The position numbers and the translations under genes are program-made. From Azolla caroliniana (Eukaryota > Plantae > Polypodiophyta): a DNA stretch of 64,000 nucleotides. Below the pieces are notes generated by a model. The model made no database searches. It worked only from the letters and a program-made list of their open reading frames with translations, and was not told where the DNA came from. The stretch's first letter is position 1. Every line of letters starts with the position of its first letter. Below, in pieces: positions 22,601-34,319 of this stretch. Location: the NCBI GenBank assembly GCA_043228905.1, contig JBHGNT010000022.1:11160001-11224000 (forward strand), written 5' to 3'.

Positions 22601-23184
22601 ATGCATAATGAATCATCAACCAACGAATATGCAATATCTTATTCATACATTTAGTTACCCAAAACCGTTTCCAAAACATCCGCATATGAGCCGACGAGAC
22701 ATTACCTTCCTCCCAATACTTGTTTGCGGCTGGGACCAAGTCGATCTGATTCAACATAAAGTTTCTACCCAACGCCACCGAATATGAGAAGAATGGAAGG
22801 ATCTTATTCGTTGTGTTAGACATGGACAATTTCCAACCATAATCCGATGGGTCCCACTGCAGGTTGACAAGTGGCCTAGAGTGTAAAACCCAAATTTGAG
22901 ATGCATAGTTAGCAATTAACGGACTAGGATCGATCAATTTTTTTTATCTAATCTAGCAATTACTCTAACTAGCAACTGCTTTGCATTGGACATAATTAGA
23001 GACTCGTCCGCCACTAATAACAATCTACCATTGTCCAAAACTTCATAACAATAAAAATTGCCATTACGATGATATAAACGAGCTCCTGTAAGTACATTAA
23101 ATGTCGAAAACATACCGTACCAACTTTGAAAATGATCAAACTGCAAAGTTGGTAGTGTGATCTGATACGCTTCAGATGTACTAT
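19686..23184 (-). mobile_element. 5'-truncated LINE: ORF2 3' end (zf-RVT-like) plus long 3' extension and poly(A)
   Basis: CVMCGFSSESLHHVFWEC and WVLWKARC in 21969-23146; T-tract at ~19684-19702; imperfect TSD TGTGTTTTGCGTGTT / TGTGTTATGAGTGTT splitting one minisatellite unit. Confidence 0.7.
20920..21710. repeat. Tandem repeat, ~5 x 162-171 bp
   Basis: GATAGTCGGCTTCGAC and variants at 20924, 21095, 21265, 21431 and 21593. Confidence 0.9.
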
Positions 23185-23789
23185 GTGTTATGAGTGTTAT
23201 TTATCATTAGGGGTTTATCGAGAGAGAGAGAGAGAGAGACTTTGTGTGTAAGTGATTGATTAATTGTAAGAATGAATGTTGGATGGGTTTTAGACGAGGT
23301 CCATCGAGAGTAGTTCATTCGGAATTCATGATTCCCCTCGTCGTCCTCCAGACATGGGCTCCAAAAAGTCGGTTACGTGATTCTCGCTTCTTCTGGAGGC
23401 TTTGGTGCTCTTAATTTATCTTCCACTCCATAGAATTCTAATATCTAGATCCCGACAGAGTGTATCGAGAGCCATTGTTGTTGTCTTCTGCATGAGTTGA
23501 AGCACAAACATGCATACTCAACATGGTGAGGGCTGATTTATAATCTCTTGTGTCGTTAGAGCTCGAGGTTTTTCGGGGTTGCATCAATGAGACTTTGGTG
23601 AGTGGATTTATTTTATATTATGGATCCCTTATTGATGCACCCATCTCTCTTCGTTTAGAAGAAAATGTATTCTCTTCATTTGGTTGTGAATTGTCGAGAA
23701 TTTACGAAGATCATCATTTTGCTATTTCATTCATCTGAAGTATTTTGAGGCATCTTAGTATGACCAAATGATTCATGACGGTGGATATT

Positions 23790-25130
23790 TGAAGTAAATA
23801 CAATCTTGTTCGGGTTCCTTCAAGGGATGAATGGAAGACTTGTTTTTTCACTCAATATGGATACTTTGAGAACAAACTTATGGTATTTGGTTTGATAAAC
23901 GTGTCAATGGTTTTTCAACATTTCCTTGATGCCTTCGGCATAGTTTATTTGGATGATATTTTTATTTGCTTGAAAATTCAAGAGGAGCCAGATCCCGAAT
24001 TCGTCAAGTTTTACAACGATTGTGGAAATATATCCTCTATGCCATACTACATAAATGCAATTCTTACAAACGTCAAGTGGATTTCCTAGTATGTGTAGTC
24101 TCGTAAGAGCATATCTCTATGGATATGGCAAAGGTTCAAGGTGTAAACTAGCAAACACAAATGTTACATGTGTGATGTTACGTCCCAAAATAAGGATGAA
24201 ACTTATCGCACACAAGAACACACAAATGGAAACAAAACACATGGGACAAAAATGCTCTTATATTATATTCACAAATCAATATATTACAAAAGCCCCAATA
24301 TTGTGACATAACCAAAACATGAGTTGGGACGAGTCAGGACAACTCCAAGATCGATCTGAGGGAGAGAGAACACCCACACACTCCTTGTGCAAACTGAGAG
24401 AGTTTGAGAATGAGGCCAAATATGGTTATATGGGCACTAGCCATTCATTACGTTACGGGCATGACCATATAATATCTTGTGGTGAGAATGTACCATAGTA
24501 TTCTACACACGCGGATGAAGTGTGAGGGTTAAACGAGAGTGTAAAGAAGGGGAGGATTACTTTTAATCCTCAGGATTGAGACAACCCATTAGAACAAGTG
24601 TGAACTTGCATGGGGCCTTGGGTCTAGTTATAAATATGAGGCCTAGCTATCCTCATTTGATCATCTCTTGACTACATCGAGACTCTGTTCTTGTGGTGGG
24701 TCAACTCTTGTACAAGCGCCCTAGCACCAGGTACGACTCAACGCCACAGGACGCCGATCAAGGCTCAAGTCTGTCTCGATCCCTTCGCTCGGGGGTGGTC
24801 AGGTGGATCGGCACCCTTCTTTCTCTCTCTCCTTTCTTAATTTATATCTATTATATCCTTATCATATGCTTACTTTAGAACATAACTCTAACATGTTAGC
24901 CCTTGGAACTCTGGGTTGGGACAACCATGGTGGTGCCCCTATTTGGGACTGGGGTTGGGCTCACATCGTGCATGTGAGTTCGAGTCACTTTTGGGAATCT
25001 GTCTAAGTTGGGACAAAATAGGGACATCATAGGTGATGTGCAATGTTTCTTAGGATTTGCAAGTTTTTGTCGCATTTTCATCTAGATTTATTTTGAGATC
25101 ACGTTGCCTTCAACACAACTTACATAGAAG
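23790..25130 (+). mobile_element. Highly degenerate Gypsy RT fragment interrupted by LTR-like insert(s) at ~24173-25030
   Basis: GDEWKTCF...YGYFE...VYLDDIFI at 23820-23965, resuming as DVQCFLGFA at ~25035. The insert has TGATGT...ACATCA ends. Confidence 0.7.
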
Positions 25131-26409
25131 GTCTAACCATTTGCATGCACTTCAAGTATAGTATAGTCAAGGTAATTGAAAACTTAAAGTGAGCATTTAC
25201 ATATATGCCATTGTTTTGGCTCACAAACAAAAAGTGTATTGTCGTATACCAAAGGGGATGAATAATTCTATCTAATCGCATTTCATTAAATTTTGAAGCT
25301 AGATAAATCAATTATAAAATACATGGCATGCACTAACACTTCTTACGTGATAAGGATGCAAAGGACAAAGAAAGAGGAATATTTAAGAAGAGGAGAACAT
25401 GAAGGAAAGCATGGAAATCCACAACATCAAAAGGTGTGTTAGCCTTTATTTATGAGCCAAGGCCACCCAAAATCAAAGTTCTACCTCTTAGTTTACATCT
25501 CATTTCTTTGTGCTCATTTCTTGCATTCACCATCATAGACACTCCTCACAATCACTATCATGATTATTTTGTGTTTTTGTTGTAATCCTATCTTGTAAAG
25601 GGGTTTTCTATTAAAACTAAGGTTATTGGGTTTTAATCTTGGTGTTATTATAATAGATGACAGGAACTACACGCTCCGATGAACACCGCTCGGCCACAAC
25701 CGAGTCTAAGATCAAACACAGAAAACGAGAATGAATACACACGACACAAAGGAGAGAAAAGTACACAAGATGTTTAACATGGAAAACCCTGAGAGGGAAA
25801 AACCACGGGAGTCCACAAACTCCAAACTATCACTATATCACAATGATTACAACAATGAGCTCACGGAGGCAACGACCTCGCGCTCACGATCTTTGCCACA
25901 AGCGGCGGTTACAACAGAGGCAACGACCTCTCTATCTCTCTCTCTCTCTCTCTCTGTACACTGTTACGCGCTTTCTAGTCTTGCGCCAACAAGAATGACA
26001 ACAACTCTATTCTCTGTTTGCCCTAAGTCATATTTATACTAATATGACTTTTCGGCTATTTACAAATATAGCCCCGATGGACTCTCAGAAACATATTTAC
26101 AAATATGTCCCTTCATCTGGCGAGCACTCCTCACCGGGCCTGCATCATCCGGCGCTTGCCGGGCACACGTCATCCGGTTCTCACCAGGTCTCCACCATCC
26201 GGCTCGTGCCGGGTACTCCACATCTGGTTCTCACTGGGTCTTCACCATCCGGCTCATGCCGGATACTCCACATCTGGTTCTCACCGGGTCTTCACCATCC
26301 GGCTCATGCGGGTTCTCCACATCCGTTTCTCACCAGGTCTTCACCATCCAGCTCATGCCGGGTACTCCACATCCGGAGAGACCTGTTTCCTAACAAACTC
26401 CCCCTTCAC

Positions 26410-29400
26410 TCGGGCATGGGATGTCTTACTAGTCTGATCCGCTTCTTGCATGCATCCAGCTTGTCGGGTATCAGTACTTTGGTCAGCATATCTGACCCGT
26501 TCTCGGTCGTGTGGATCTTCGTCAGCGCGAACTACTGGTCATCTACTCTTTCCCGGATCCAGTGATACCTTCATTGGATATGCTTTGTTCGGGAATGGTA
26601 GGCCGCATTCTTAGCAAGGTGGATGGTACTTTGATTGTCGCAATAGAGCCAGTATTCATCTTGTCGGATACCCAGCTCTCCGATGAAGTCCTTCATCCAT
26701 AATATTTCCTTGTCGGCTTCCACAACCGCCATGTACTCCGCCTCCGTGGTTGACAACGCAACCGTCTTCTGCAGCCTCAACTACCACAAAACAGTTCCCC
26801 TTGCATATGTCATTACATACCCCGAAGTAGACCGGTTGGTATCCACATCAGCCAACATGTCCGAATCGGTAAAACCGTAAAGTTGAGGTTTTCCAGAGCC
26901 GAATCGGAGACACATATTCGAAATGCCCTTCAAGTACTGGAGTATCCATTTGACCGCGTTCCAGTGCTCCTTGCCGGGATTGCTCATAAACCGGCTCACC
27001 ACTCCAACTGCGTATCTTATATCCGGTCGGGTACACACCATTGCATACATTAAGCTCCCGACGATAGAGGCATATGGAACCTTCATCATAGCCGCCTTCT
27101 CTGCTTTCGTCTTCGAGCTTTGCTTACTGGATAACCTGCAGTTTGCCGGAAGTGTCGATCCGATCGGTTTCGCATCTGAAATGTTGAACCGCCGAAGCAC
27201 CTTTGTCACGTATTTCTCTTGTGACAGCCACAGTTGCTTCGTTGGCCAGTTCCGGATGATATGCATCCCCAACATCTGTCTTGTCGGACCCAAGTCTTTC
27301 ATTGCGAAGGTTCGGTTGAGAGCCTTCTTCAGCATCCATATTCGGACTTGGTTTCGTCTGACGATCAACATGTCTTCCACGTACAGAAGGAGTATCAGGA
27401 AGTCGCCTCCTTCGAACTTCTTCACAAACACGCAGAGATCTGCCTGCGTCTTGTGGTACCCTTGATCGGTCATGAAGGAGTCGAACTTCCGGTACCATTG
27501 TCGGGGAGCCTGCTTTAGTCCGTACAAACTCTTCTTCAATCGGCAAACCAAGTGCTCCTTCCCTTTCTCGACGAATCCTTCCGGTTGCTGTATGTAGATC
27601 TCCTTTTCGAGGTCACCATGAAGGAATGTCGTCTTCACGTCTAGTTGCTCTACCTCGAGGTCCATGCTTGCCGCTATACTCAGCACCGTCTGGATGGAGG
27701 TCATCTTTACTACCGGGGCAAATATCTCGTCGAAGTCCACGCCCTTCTTCTGCTGGAACCCCTTCACCACGATCCTGGCTTTGTATCTTGGGGGGTTGCC
27801 GGCATCTCCCGGTTTCAACTTGTACACCCACTTATTTCGGAGTGCCCGCTTTCCTTTCGGCAACTCCACTAATTCATACATATGGTTCTCATGCAAGGAA
27901 TACATCTCACCATGCATGGCACTCAACCATTTGCGGCTGTCGATGTCATCCTTCGCCTCTACGAAACTTTCTGGCTCCCCCTCATTGGTTAACAACACAT
28001 GCTCTGCATCCGGAAATCTCCGGGAGGCCCTTCTCTCTCTGAGAGGATATCTCCGTCTTTGGGCTTCGGTAATCGGGCCCTCCATTTGCTCTTCATCCAA
28101 ATCCGATTCGGGGTCTTGGCCGGTTCCGGTTTCAGCTTCCTCTACTTCTTCTTCTGTCGGTTTGGTATCCTCACCGTAACCGGCTGGTTCCTCGAGTGCT
28201 AACCAGTCTCTTGCCAATTGGGTCTGCTCCTCGTAGAATCGATCCTTATCGGTCGAGTCGGAGTTCATTATCTTCTTCTCCGACTCCCAGTCGGTCAGCA
28301 TCTTGTCCTCCATAAAGATAATATCTCGACTCCGGAATACCTTCTTGTCGACCAGGTCCCACACTCGGTAGCCGAACTCATCGTCGTCGTAACCGAGGAA
28401 TATGCATGGCCAGGTCTTTGGATCTAACTTTCCTCTCCGGTCCTTAGCTACATGCACGTACTCGAGACACCCGAATACCTTCAGATGCCAGTAGGATACT
28501 TCCTTACCGGTTCATACTCTCTGTGGCGTGTCTCCATCCAAGGGTACTAAGGGTGATCTGTTTATCACATACGTCGCTGTCGACAGTGCCTCAACCCAAA
28601 ACTTATTGGGTAGTTTTGCATGCGCCAGCATACTCCGGACCCTCTCCATTATGGTTCGGTTCATCCTCTCGGCCAGCCCGTTTAGTTCTGACGTCTTCGG
28701 CACGGTAAATTCGAGCCGGATTCCCTTCGAGCGAAAGTACTCCTCGAACTGCCCCCGGTATTCACCTCCGTTATTTGCTCGAACCGCCTTCAGCTTCCGG
28801 CCGGTTTCTCTTTCCACTCTCGCGTGGAGCTCTTTGAAGACGGATAGCACCTGATCCTTCGTCTTCAACGGTGTGGCCCACAACTTCCGGCTGTGGTCAT
28901 CTATGAATGTCACGAAGTATTGCGATCCTGCATGTGACTTCCTGTCCACTTGACACACATCAGTATGCACCAACTCCAGTGGTGCATTACGTCTCATCGG
29001 TGGCCTTGGTCAGAAGGAGGTCTGGTTTTGCTTACCGGCCAGACAATCAATGCACGTTCTTCACTGGAATGAGGTTGTCATCTGCAAGCCTCTTCATCCC
29101 CTTCTTGCTCATGTGACACTGCCTTTTGTGCCACAGCTCACCGGTAGTGTCGGATGCCACGTTCACTTCCTCCGGACATAACCAGGCATTCATCAGGTAT
29201 AGTGTGTTTACCTTCCAGGCCCGAGCCACAATCAGGCTCCCTTTGCTGAACTTCATAACACCGTTCCGGATGCTACCAGTGTAGCCTTCATCATCTAGCC
29301 GATCGACTGATATCAGGTTCAGACGAACCTCCGGAACGTGTCAGACATCCTTCAGCAGCATCTTGCATCCGGTTGGTGTTGTCAGCCACACGTCTCCTAT

Positions 29401-30438
29401 GCCAACAATTCGGCATGTACCTTCATTTCCCATCCGGACACAGCCGTGATCACCGGCTGAGTAGGATGAGAAGCATTTCCGGTCCGGGGTAAGGTGGAAC
29501 AACGCTCCGGAGTCGACCACCCAGGTCATCTCGTCGCCAACAAGGTTTATCTCAGTCTCCTCGGTGATGAGCATCAACTCTTCTTCACTTGCCGCAATTG
29601 TCGTCGTTCCCTTCCGGTTCAGCCCCCTCCGGTCTTTACCGTTCCGGTCCGGTGTCCGCTTCAAATTGGTACTGTCGGTTTCCTTGTCTTTTTGGAAATG
29701 CCGATAGTTCTTCTAGAAGTGTCCCGGCTTGCCGCAATAGAAGCAAGTAGGCTTCCCCCTTGACTTTGACCGTGTCCCCGACTTTTCCCGGTTCTAGGGA
29801 CTACGGTTTCTTTGTCTTCCACGTTCCGATTCAGTAAGGAGCGCTTTGGAGTCGGAGCTCGTATCCTTATCTTTCCGACGCGCCTCCTCATCTAGCAAGC
29901 TCGACTTCACTCTTGCTAGGGATAACTGTTTCCCTTCCGGCCCGGCGTTGCCCAAGGTGACAACCAACGTCTCCAAGCTATTTGGGAGGGAACCAAGCAG
30001 GAGTAGTGCTAGTACCTCATCGGCAAGAGGTACTTCCAATGATGTTTCCTGGTGAATCAGCCCCTGGAAGGCATTCATGTGCTCCGCCATGCTGGAGCCA
30101 TCTTGGTATCGGAGTCTTACGAGCTTCCGAAATACCGAAACCTGATTAACAACATTCTTGTTTTGAAACATAATGTTGATCTTCTCCCAGAGCTCATGAG
30201 CCTTGCTCTCTTCATTGAAGTTGTTGTATAGGCTCATGTCGATGAAGCATCGTATGTAGGCCGTTGTCTTCATGTGCATCACCACCCATATCGTGGCGTC
30301 GATTTTGTCCGGTCTCTTGTCCCCAAACTGAACCGACAACCAAAGATTTTTAACCACGACCATGTTCCTCATCTTCGACTTCCACACGGAATAGTTGGAG
30401 CCGGTGAGCTTGAACATGCCTCCCAACGATTCGTCCAT
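26410..30438 (-). pseudogene. Copia gag-pol polyprotein, interrupted
   Basis: KLTGSNYSVW (gag), WVVDSGA (PR), LELVHTDV...NGLAERMNRT (INT), QLDVKTTFLHG/LYVEDML (RT), VALSTTEAEY (RH), split over several ORFs. Confidence 0.92.
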
Positions 30439-30736
30439 TTTCTGTGTCGCTTCGCTCTGATACCAGTTTGACAGGAATTACACGCTTCGATGAACACTGC
30501 TCGGCCACAATCGAGTCTAAGATCAAACACAGAAAATGGGAATGAATACACACGACACAAAGGAGAGAAAAGTACACAAGATGTTTAACGTGGAAAACCC
30601 TGAGAGGGAAAAACCACGGGAGTCCACAAACTCCAAACTATCACTATATCACAATGATTACAACAGTGAGCTCACGGAGGCAATGACCTCGCGCTCACGA
30701 TCTTCGCCACAAGCGGCGGTTACAACAGAGGCAACA

Positions 30737-30783
<47 letters not shown>

Positions 30784-30954
30784 CACTGTTACGCGCTTTT
30801 TAGTCTTGCGCCAACAAGAATGACAACAACTCTATTCTTTGTTTGCCCTAAGTCATATTTATACTAATATGACTTTTCAGCTATTTACAAATATAGCCCC
30901 GATGGACTCTCAGAAACATATTTACAAAGATGTCCCTTCATCCGACGAGCACTC

Positions 30955-31550
30955 CTCACCGGGCCTGCATTATCTGGCGCTTGTCGGGCACACGTCATCC
31001 AGTTCTCACCGGGTCTCCACCATCCGGCGCTTGCTGGGCACACGTCATCCAGTTCTCACCGGGTCTCCACCATTCGGCTCGTGCCGGATACTCCACATCC
31101 GGTTCTCACCGGGTCTTCACCATCAGGCTCGTGCCGGGTACTCCACATCCGGTTCTCACCGGGTCTTTACCATCCGGCTCGTGCCGGGTACTCCACATCC
31201 GGTTCTCATCGGGTCTTCACCATCCGGCTCGTGTCGGGTACTCCACATCCGGTTCTCATCGGGTCTTCACCATCCGGCTCGTGTCGGGTACTCCACATCC
31301 GGTTCTCATCGGGTCTTCACCATCCGGCTCGTGTCGGGTACTCCACATCCGGTTCTCATCGGGTCTTCACCATCCGGCTCGTGTCGGGTACTCCACATTC
31401 GGTTCTCATCGGGTCTTCACCATCCGGCTCCTGTCGTGTTCTCCACATCCGGTTCTCACCGGGTCTTCACCATCCGGCTCATGCCGTGTTCTCCACATCC
31501 GGTTCTCACCGAGTCTTCACCATCTGGCTCATGCCGGGTACTCCACATCC
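30955..31550. repeat. 50-bp tandem repeat (two ~25-bp subunits) in U3; ~12 units here vs ~5 at 26125-26375
   Basis: Unit CATCCGGTTCTCATCGGGTCTTCACCATCCGGCTCGTGTCGGGTACTCCA. Confidence 0.92.
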
Positions 31551-31649
31551 CTAGGGACCTGTTTCCTAACAATAGACAAGTGTACTTAGCCCTAATATTG
31601 TGTTAATCATTTGAGCGTTATCGTGCTCAGAGAGAGAGGGAGGGAGGGA

Positions 31650-32920
31650 GCTTTCGTTATATGAAAGGATTGGGAAGCAAATATCACCTTATAGTCGTCG
31701 TCATCAATCTGACCAATGTACATTAGACTACAAGTTAGTTGGGGAACATGGCTTACATCTTTCATGGTAAGATGAGAACGATCACTAAAATGCGCTGAGA
31801 TATCGCCAATACCAATCACACCACACTTATGTGAGGCTCCAACGTCTAACTTTGCCAATTGACTTGGCTTCATAGCATGTGAACCACTCTTTATATGGAG
31901 TCCCATGAAGTGATGCATCGGAGTCCAACAACCATGTATGAGAGGGAGAAGATACCATATTCACCCCAACATGTGTGATAACATCAGCGAAGACCAAAAT
32001 GTCACTCTCGTCACATGTTGCATTTATTTCCTCATTTTCTGCTATTTCCACCGAGGAAGAGGGATCACTACATTGTTTTCCATGCCCATCATCTCTAGAT
32101 TTAGCATCATCCTTCCTTATTTTTCAAGGCATAACAATATTCTTGAGGTGTCCCTTCTTATGGCAATAATGGTTCTTGATGTTTTCTTCCTATACGTGTT
32201 TCTACCTCTATCATTTCCGCGATTGTTCTTTGTTTGGCTCCTACCACATTGGTTCTTGTGAGAACCAACCTCATACACTTTATATGCATCTCCACTATGT
32301 AATGCAATCATAGATATCCTCTTAATTTATTTGCTTAACAACGCTCTACATATGGCATTATAGATTAGTTCCCCATTCGGTACACTATTGCCAATAGTAG
32401 TGCAAAATGTGTTCCACGAGGTAGGCAAAGTGCATAAGAGAAACATATAGTTTAGTTCAGCATCCATAGTCATTTTTTGAGTATGTAATTGGCACCATAG
32501 TGCATCAAAGTCATTCGCATGAGAGGCGACCCTATCAGTGAAGATCACAAAGTTTTCTCATTAGATAACTTTTATTTGATGCAATCCCTTTTTCATAGCT
32601 ACTACATAGTTTAGTCCATAAAATTTCAACTGAATCATTGTCAGGTAGGTGCAATCTTATGGTAGACATTCCCAAGGGATTAAGCTCTTCCCAATCGTCA
32701 TTGTTTATGCCCTTAGGTCTCTTGGCACCACCATTTAATGGCCTTAATTGCCATCTTTGAATCAGAACATCTCTCATCTTATTCTTCCACGAGGTGAAGT
32801 TGGATCCGTCAAACTTGCGGATCTCAAGTTGGTCTTTTCCAGTCATAGAGTAATTTCTATGGGAACTAAAGGAACTGCCACATGAGGTACTTGAAACCTC
32901 TGACATTTCAGAAGCCATTA
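31650..32920 (-). mobile_element. Older degenerate Copia gag-protease fragment
   Basis: IRKFDGSNFTSWKNKMRDVL, LLCTLPTSW, WLLDSDAS and MKDVSHVPQL in broken frames. Confidence 0.85.
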
Positions 32921-33007
32921 GGTGGTAATGAAGTACCTAATGATAGTTGGGGTGTTACTCGCTAGTTGATCTTGAGCACAACTATCATCGTGGGGAAATT
33001 TATGTAT

Positions 33008-33141
33008 ATGTAAGTACCATAGGTCAAACAATAACCATATATGTGTCATGAAGGTAAGTACCATAGGCCAAAAAAGAACTATATATGTGTCATGAAGGTA
33101 AGTACCATAGGCCAAAAAAGAACTATATATGTGTCATGAAG
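33008..33141. repeat. 3 x ~44-bp tandem repeat overlapping the start of the second Tcn1-like LTR
   Basis: GTAAGTACCATAGGCCAAAAAAGAACTATATATGTGTCATGAAG repeated. Confidence 0.85.
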
Positions 33142-33154
33142 ACATACATTTTAG

Positions 33155-33220
33155 CTTATGAGGAGTCGAACCCACAACTTCTTGGTCTGTGTTCAACCTT
33201 TAACCATTGTAATAGCATAT
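33155..33220 (-). other. tRNA-like Pol III cassette antisense within LTR U3
   Basis: Minus strand A-box-like TATTACAATGGTTAA (from 33214) and perfect B box GGTTCGACTCC (33172-33162) at tRNA-like spacing. Confidence 0.6.
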
Positions 33221-33269
33221 ATTATGTGTAGGTAAAATAATTATATTTTTAGTTATTACAAGATATTTG

Positions 33270-33355
33270 GAATATTCTAGAACATTCTTGAATATTTCAC
33301 GATTATATTTATTATCAAAAATATCTAAATTATTCTAGAACATTCTAGAATACTC
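33270..33355. promoter_or_regulatory. Two heat-shock elements in LTR U3
   Basis: GAAtaTTCtaGAAcaTTCttGAA (33270-33292) and TTCtaGAAcaTTCtaGAA (33333-33350), upstream of CTATAAATA at 33365. Confidence 0.8.
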
Positions 33356-34319
33356 CATAAGGATCTATAAATAGGTGTTTATACATTCATCACAACTTAT
33401 TCGGTTCAACACCAGTCTTTAGCCCTTAGCCTACTCTTTGTAACATTGTTTTCTCATAATATAATATCATTTCCATTTTCTCTCTCTCTCTCTCTCTAAC
33501 TCACGAGTCACGACAGTTTGAACTGAATTCTTTCTTTTTCCTTCTTTATTTTTCCCTCTCAGTTATGGAGTCCGTTAGCAAGCAAGAATATATGCGTGTC
33601 CTTTCTAAATTCGACATGCTCACTACTAAGTTTGTGGCATTAGAGCAAGAAAATCAATGGCTACTCTAGGATCAACAACACGTGAGTACCGAGAAAGCTC
33701 ACCAATATGAGGAGTTATCACAACAGGTTCATCAACTCGAGGCTACTATATTAGCATTACGAGAACAAGCGGTGGGGGTTCAAAACTTGCCAGGGAACCA
33801 AAGATTAGCCTCCCTGCCAAGTTTGATGGTACAAGATCTCTGTTCCGAGGTTTCTTGAATCAAGCCCGTTTGGTGATTCAGTTACATCCCAATCGGTGTC
33901 CAACCGATGCTGCTCGTGTGGGATTAGTAGGAACCGTGCTAAGCGGTACAACATTAGCATGGTTTGCACCACTTCTTGAGAAGAAATCAACGTTGTTGGA
34001 GGATTTCGGGGCATTTGTTGAGTTTCAAGCTAGTTTTGGAGACACCGATAGCACTAGGACGACAATAAACAAGTTTCGAAGACTCCGACAAGGAGATCGT
34101 CCCACTTCAGCTTACGCAACAGATTTCCATCTCTTGGCATGCAACATCCCTTGGGATGAGGCAGCCTTAATGGATCAATTCCATCAGGGTTTGCATAACG
34201 ATGTCGAAGATTTTCTTCTTACTTTCCACGAAGATCCGAAGTCTCTTACATAGGCAATTAGTCGAGTTATATGATGTGATAATCACCTATTTGAGCGACA
34301 TTCTGAACACCAACAAAAT

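Larger units (their letters stand above)
25658..31571 (-). mobile_element. Full-length Ty1/Copia (Tnt1/Tork-like) element with both LTRs, defective
   Basis: LTRs at 25658-26395 and 30469-31571, 5-bp TSD ATAGA both sides, PBS TGGTATCAGAGC (30454-30465), PPT AGGGGGAG at ~26399-26406. gag-PR-INT-RT-RH order with stops and frameshifts. Confidence 0.96.
33132..34315 (+). mobile_element. Second Tcn1-like Gypsy remnant: LTR (33132-33515), PBS and pseudogenised gag (from ATG 33565)
   Basis: MESVSKQEY...FVALEQENQ and LRQGDRPTSAYATDF are homologous to Gag 2641-3810. LTR TGTCA...CGACA followed by PBS GTTTGAACTGAAT. Confidence 0.88.

Noticed and set aside
21969-23146. LINE fragments at 21969-23146 (-) and 42000-43376 (+) as part of the NRPA2 inverted duplication
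   Set aside because: They are similar only at the protein-motif level, and the first has its own TSD inside the derived minisatellite, so independent insertions are more likely.
30839-31606. Three overlapping 157-255 aa repetitive ORFs (also 26044-26565)
   Set aside because: They arise from a stop-free 50-bp LTR tandem repeat read in rotating frames; no sign of a real protein.
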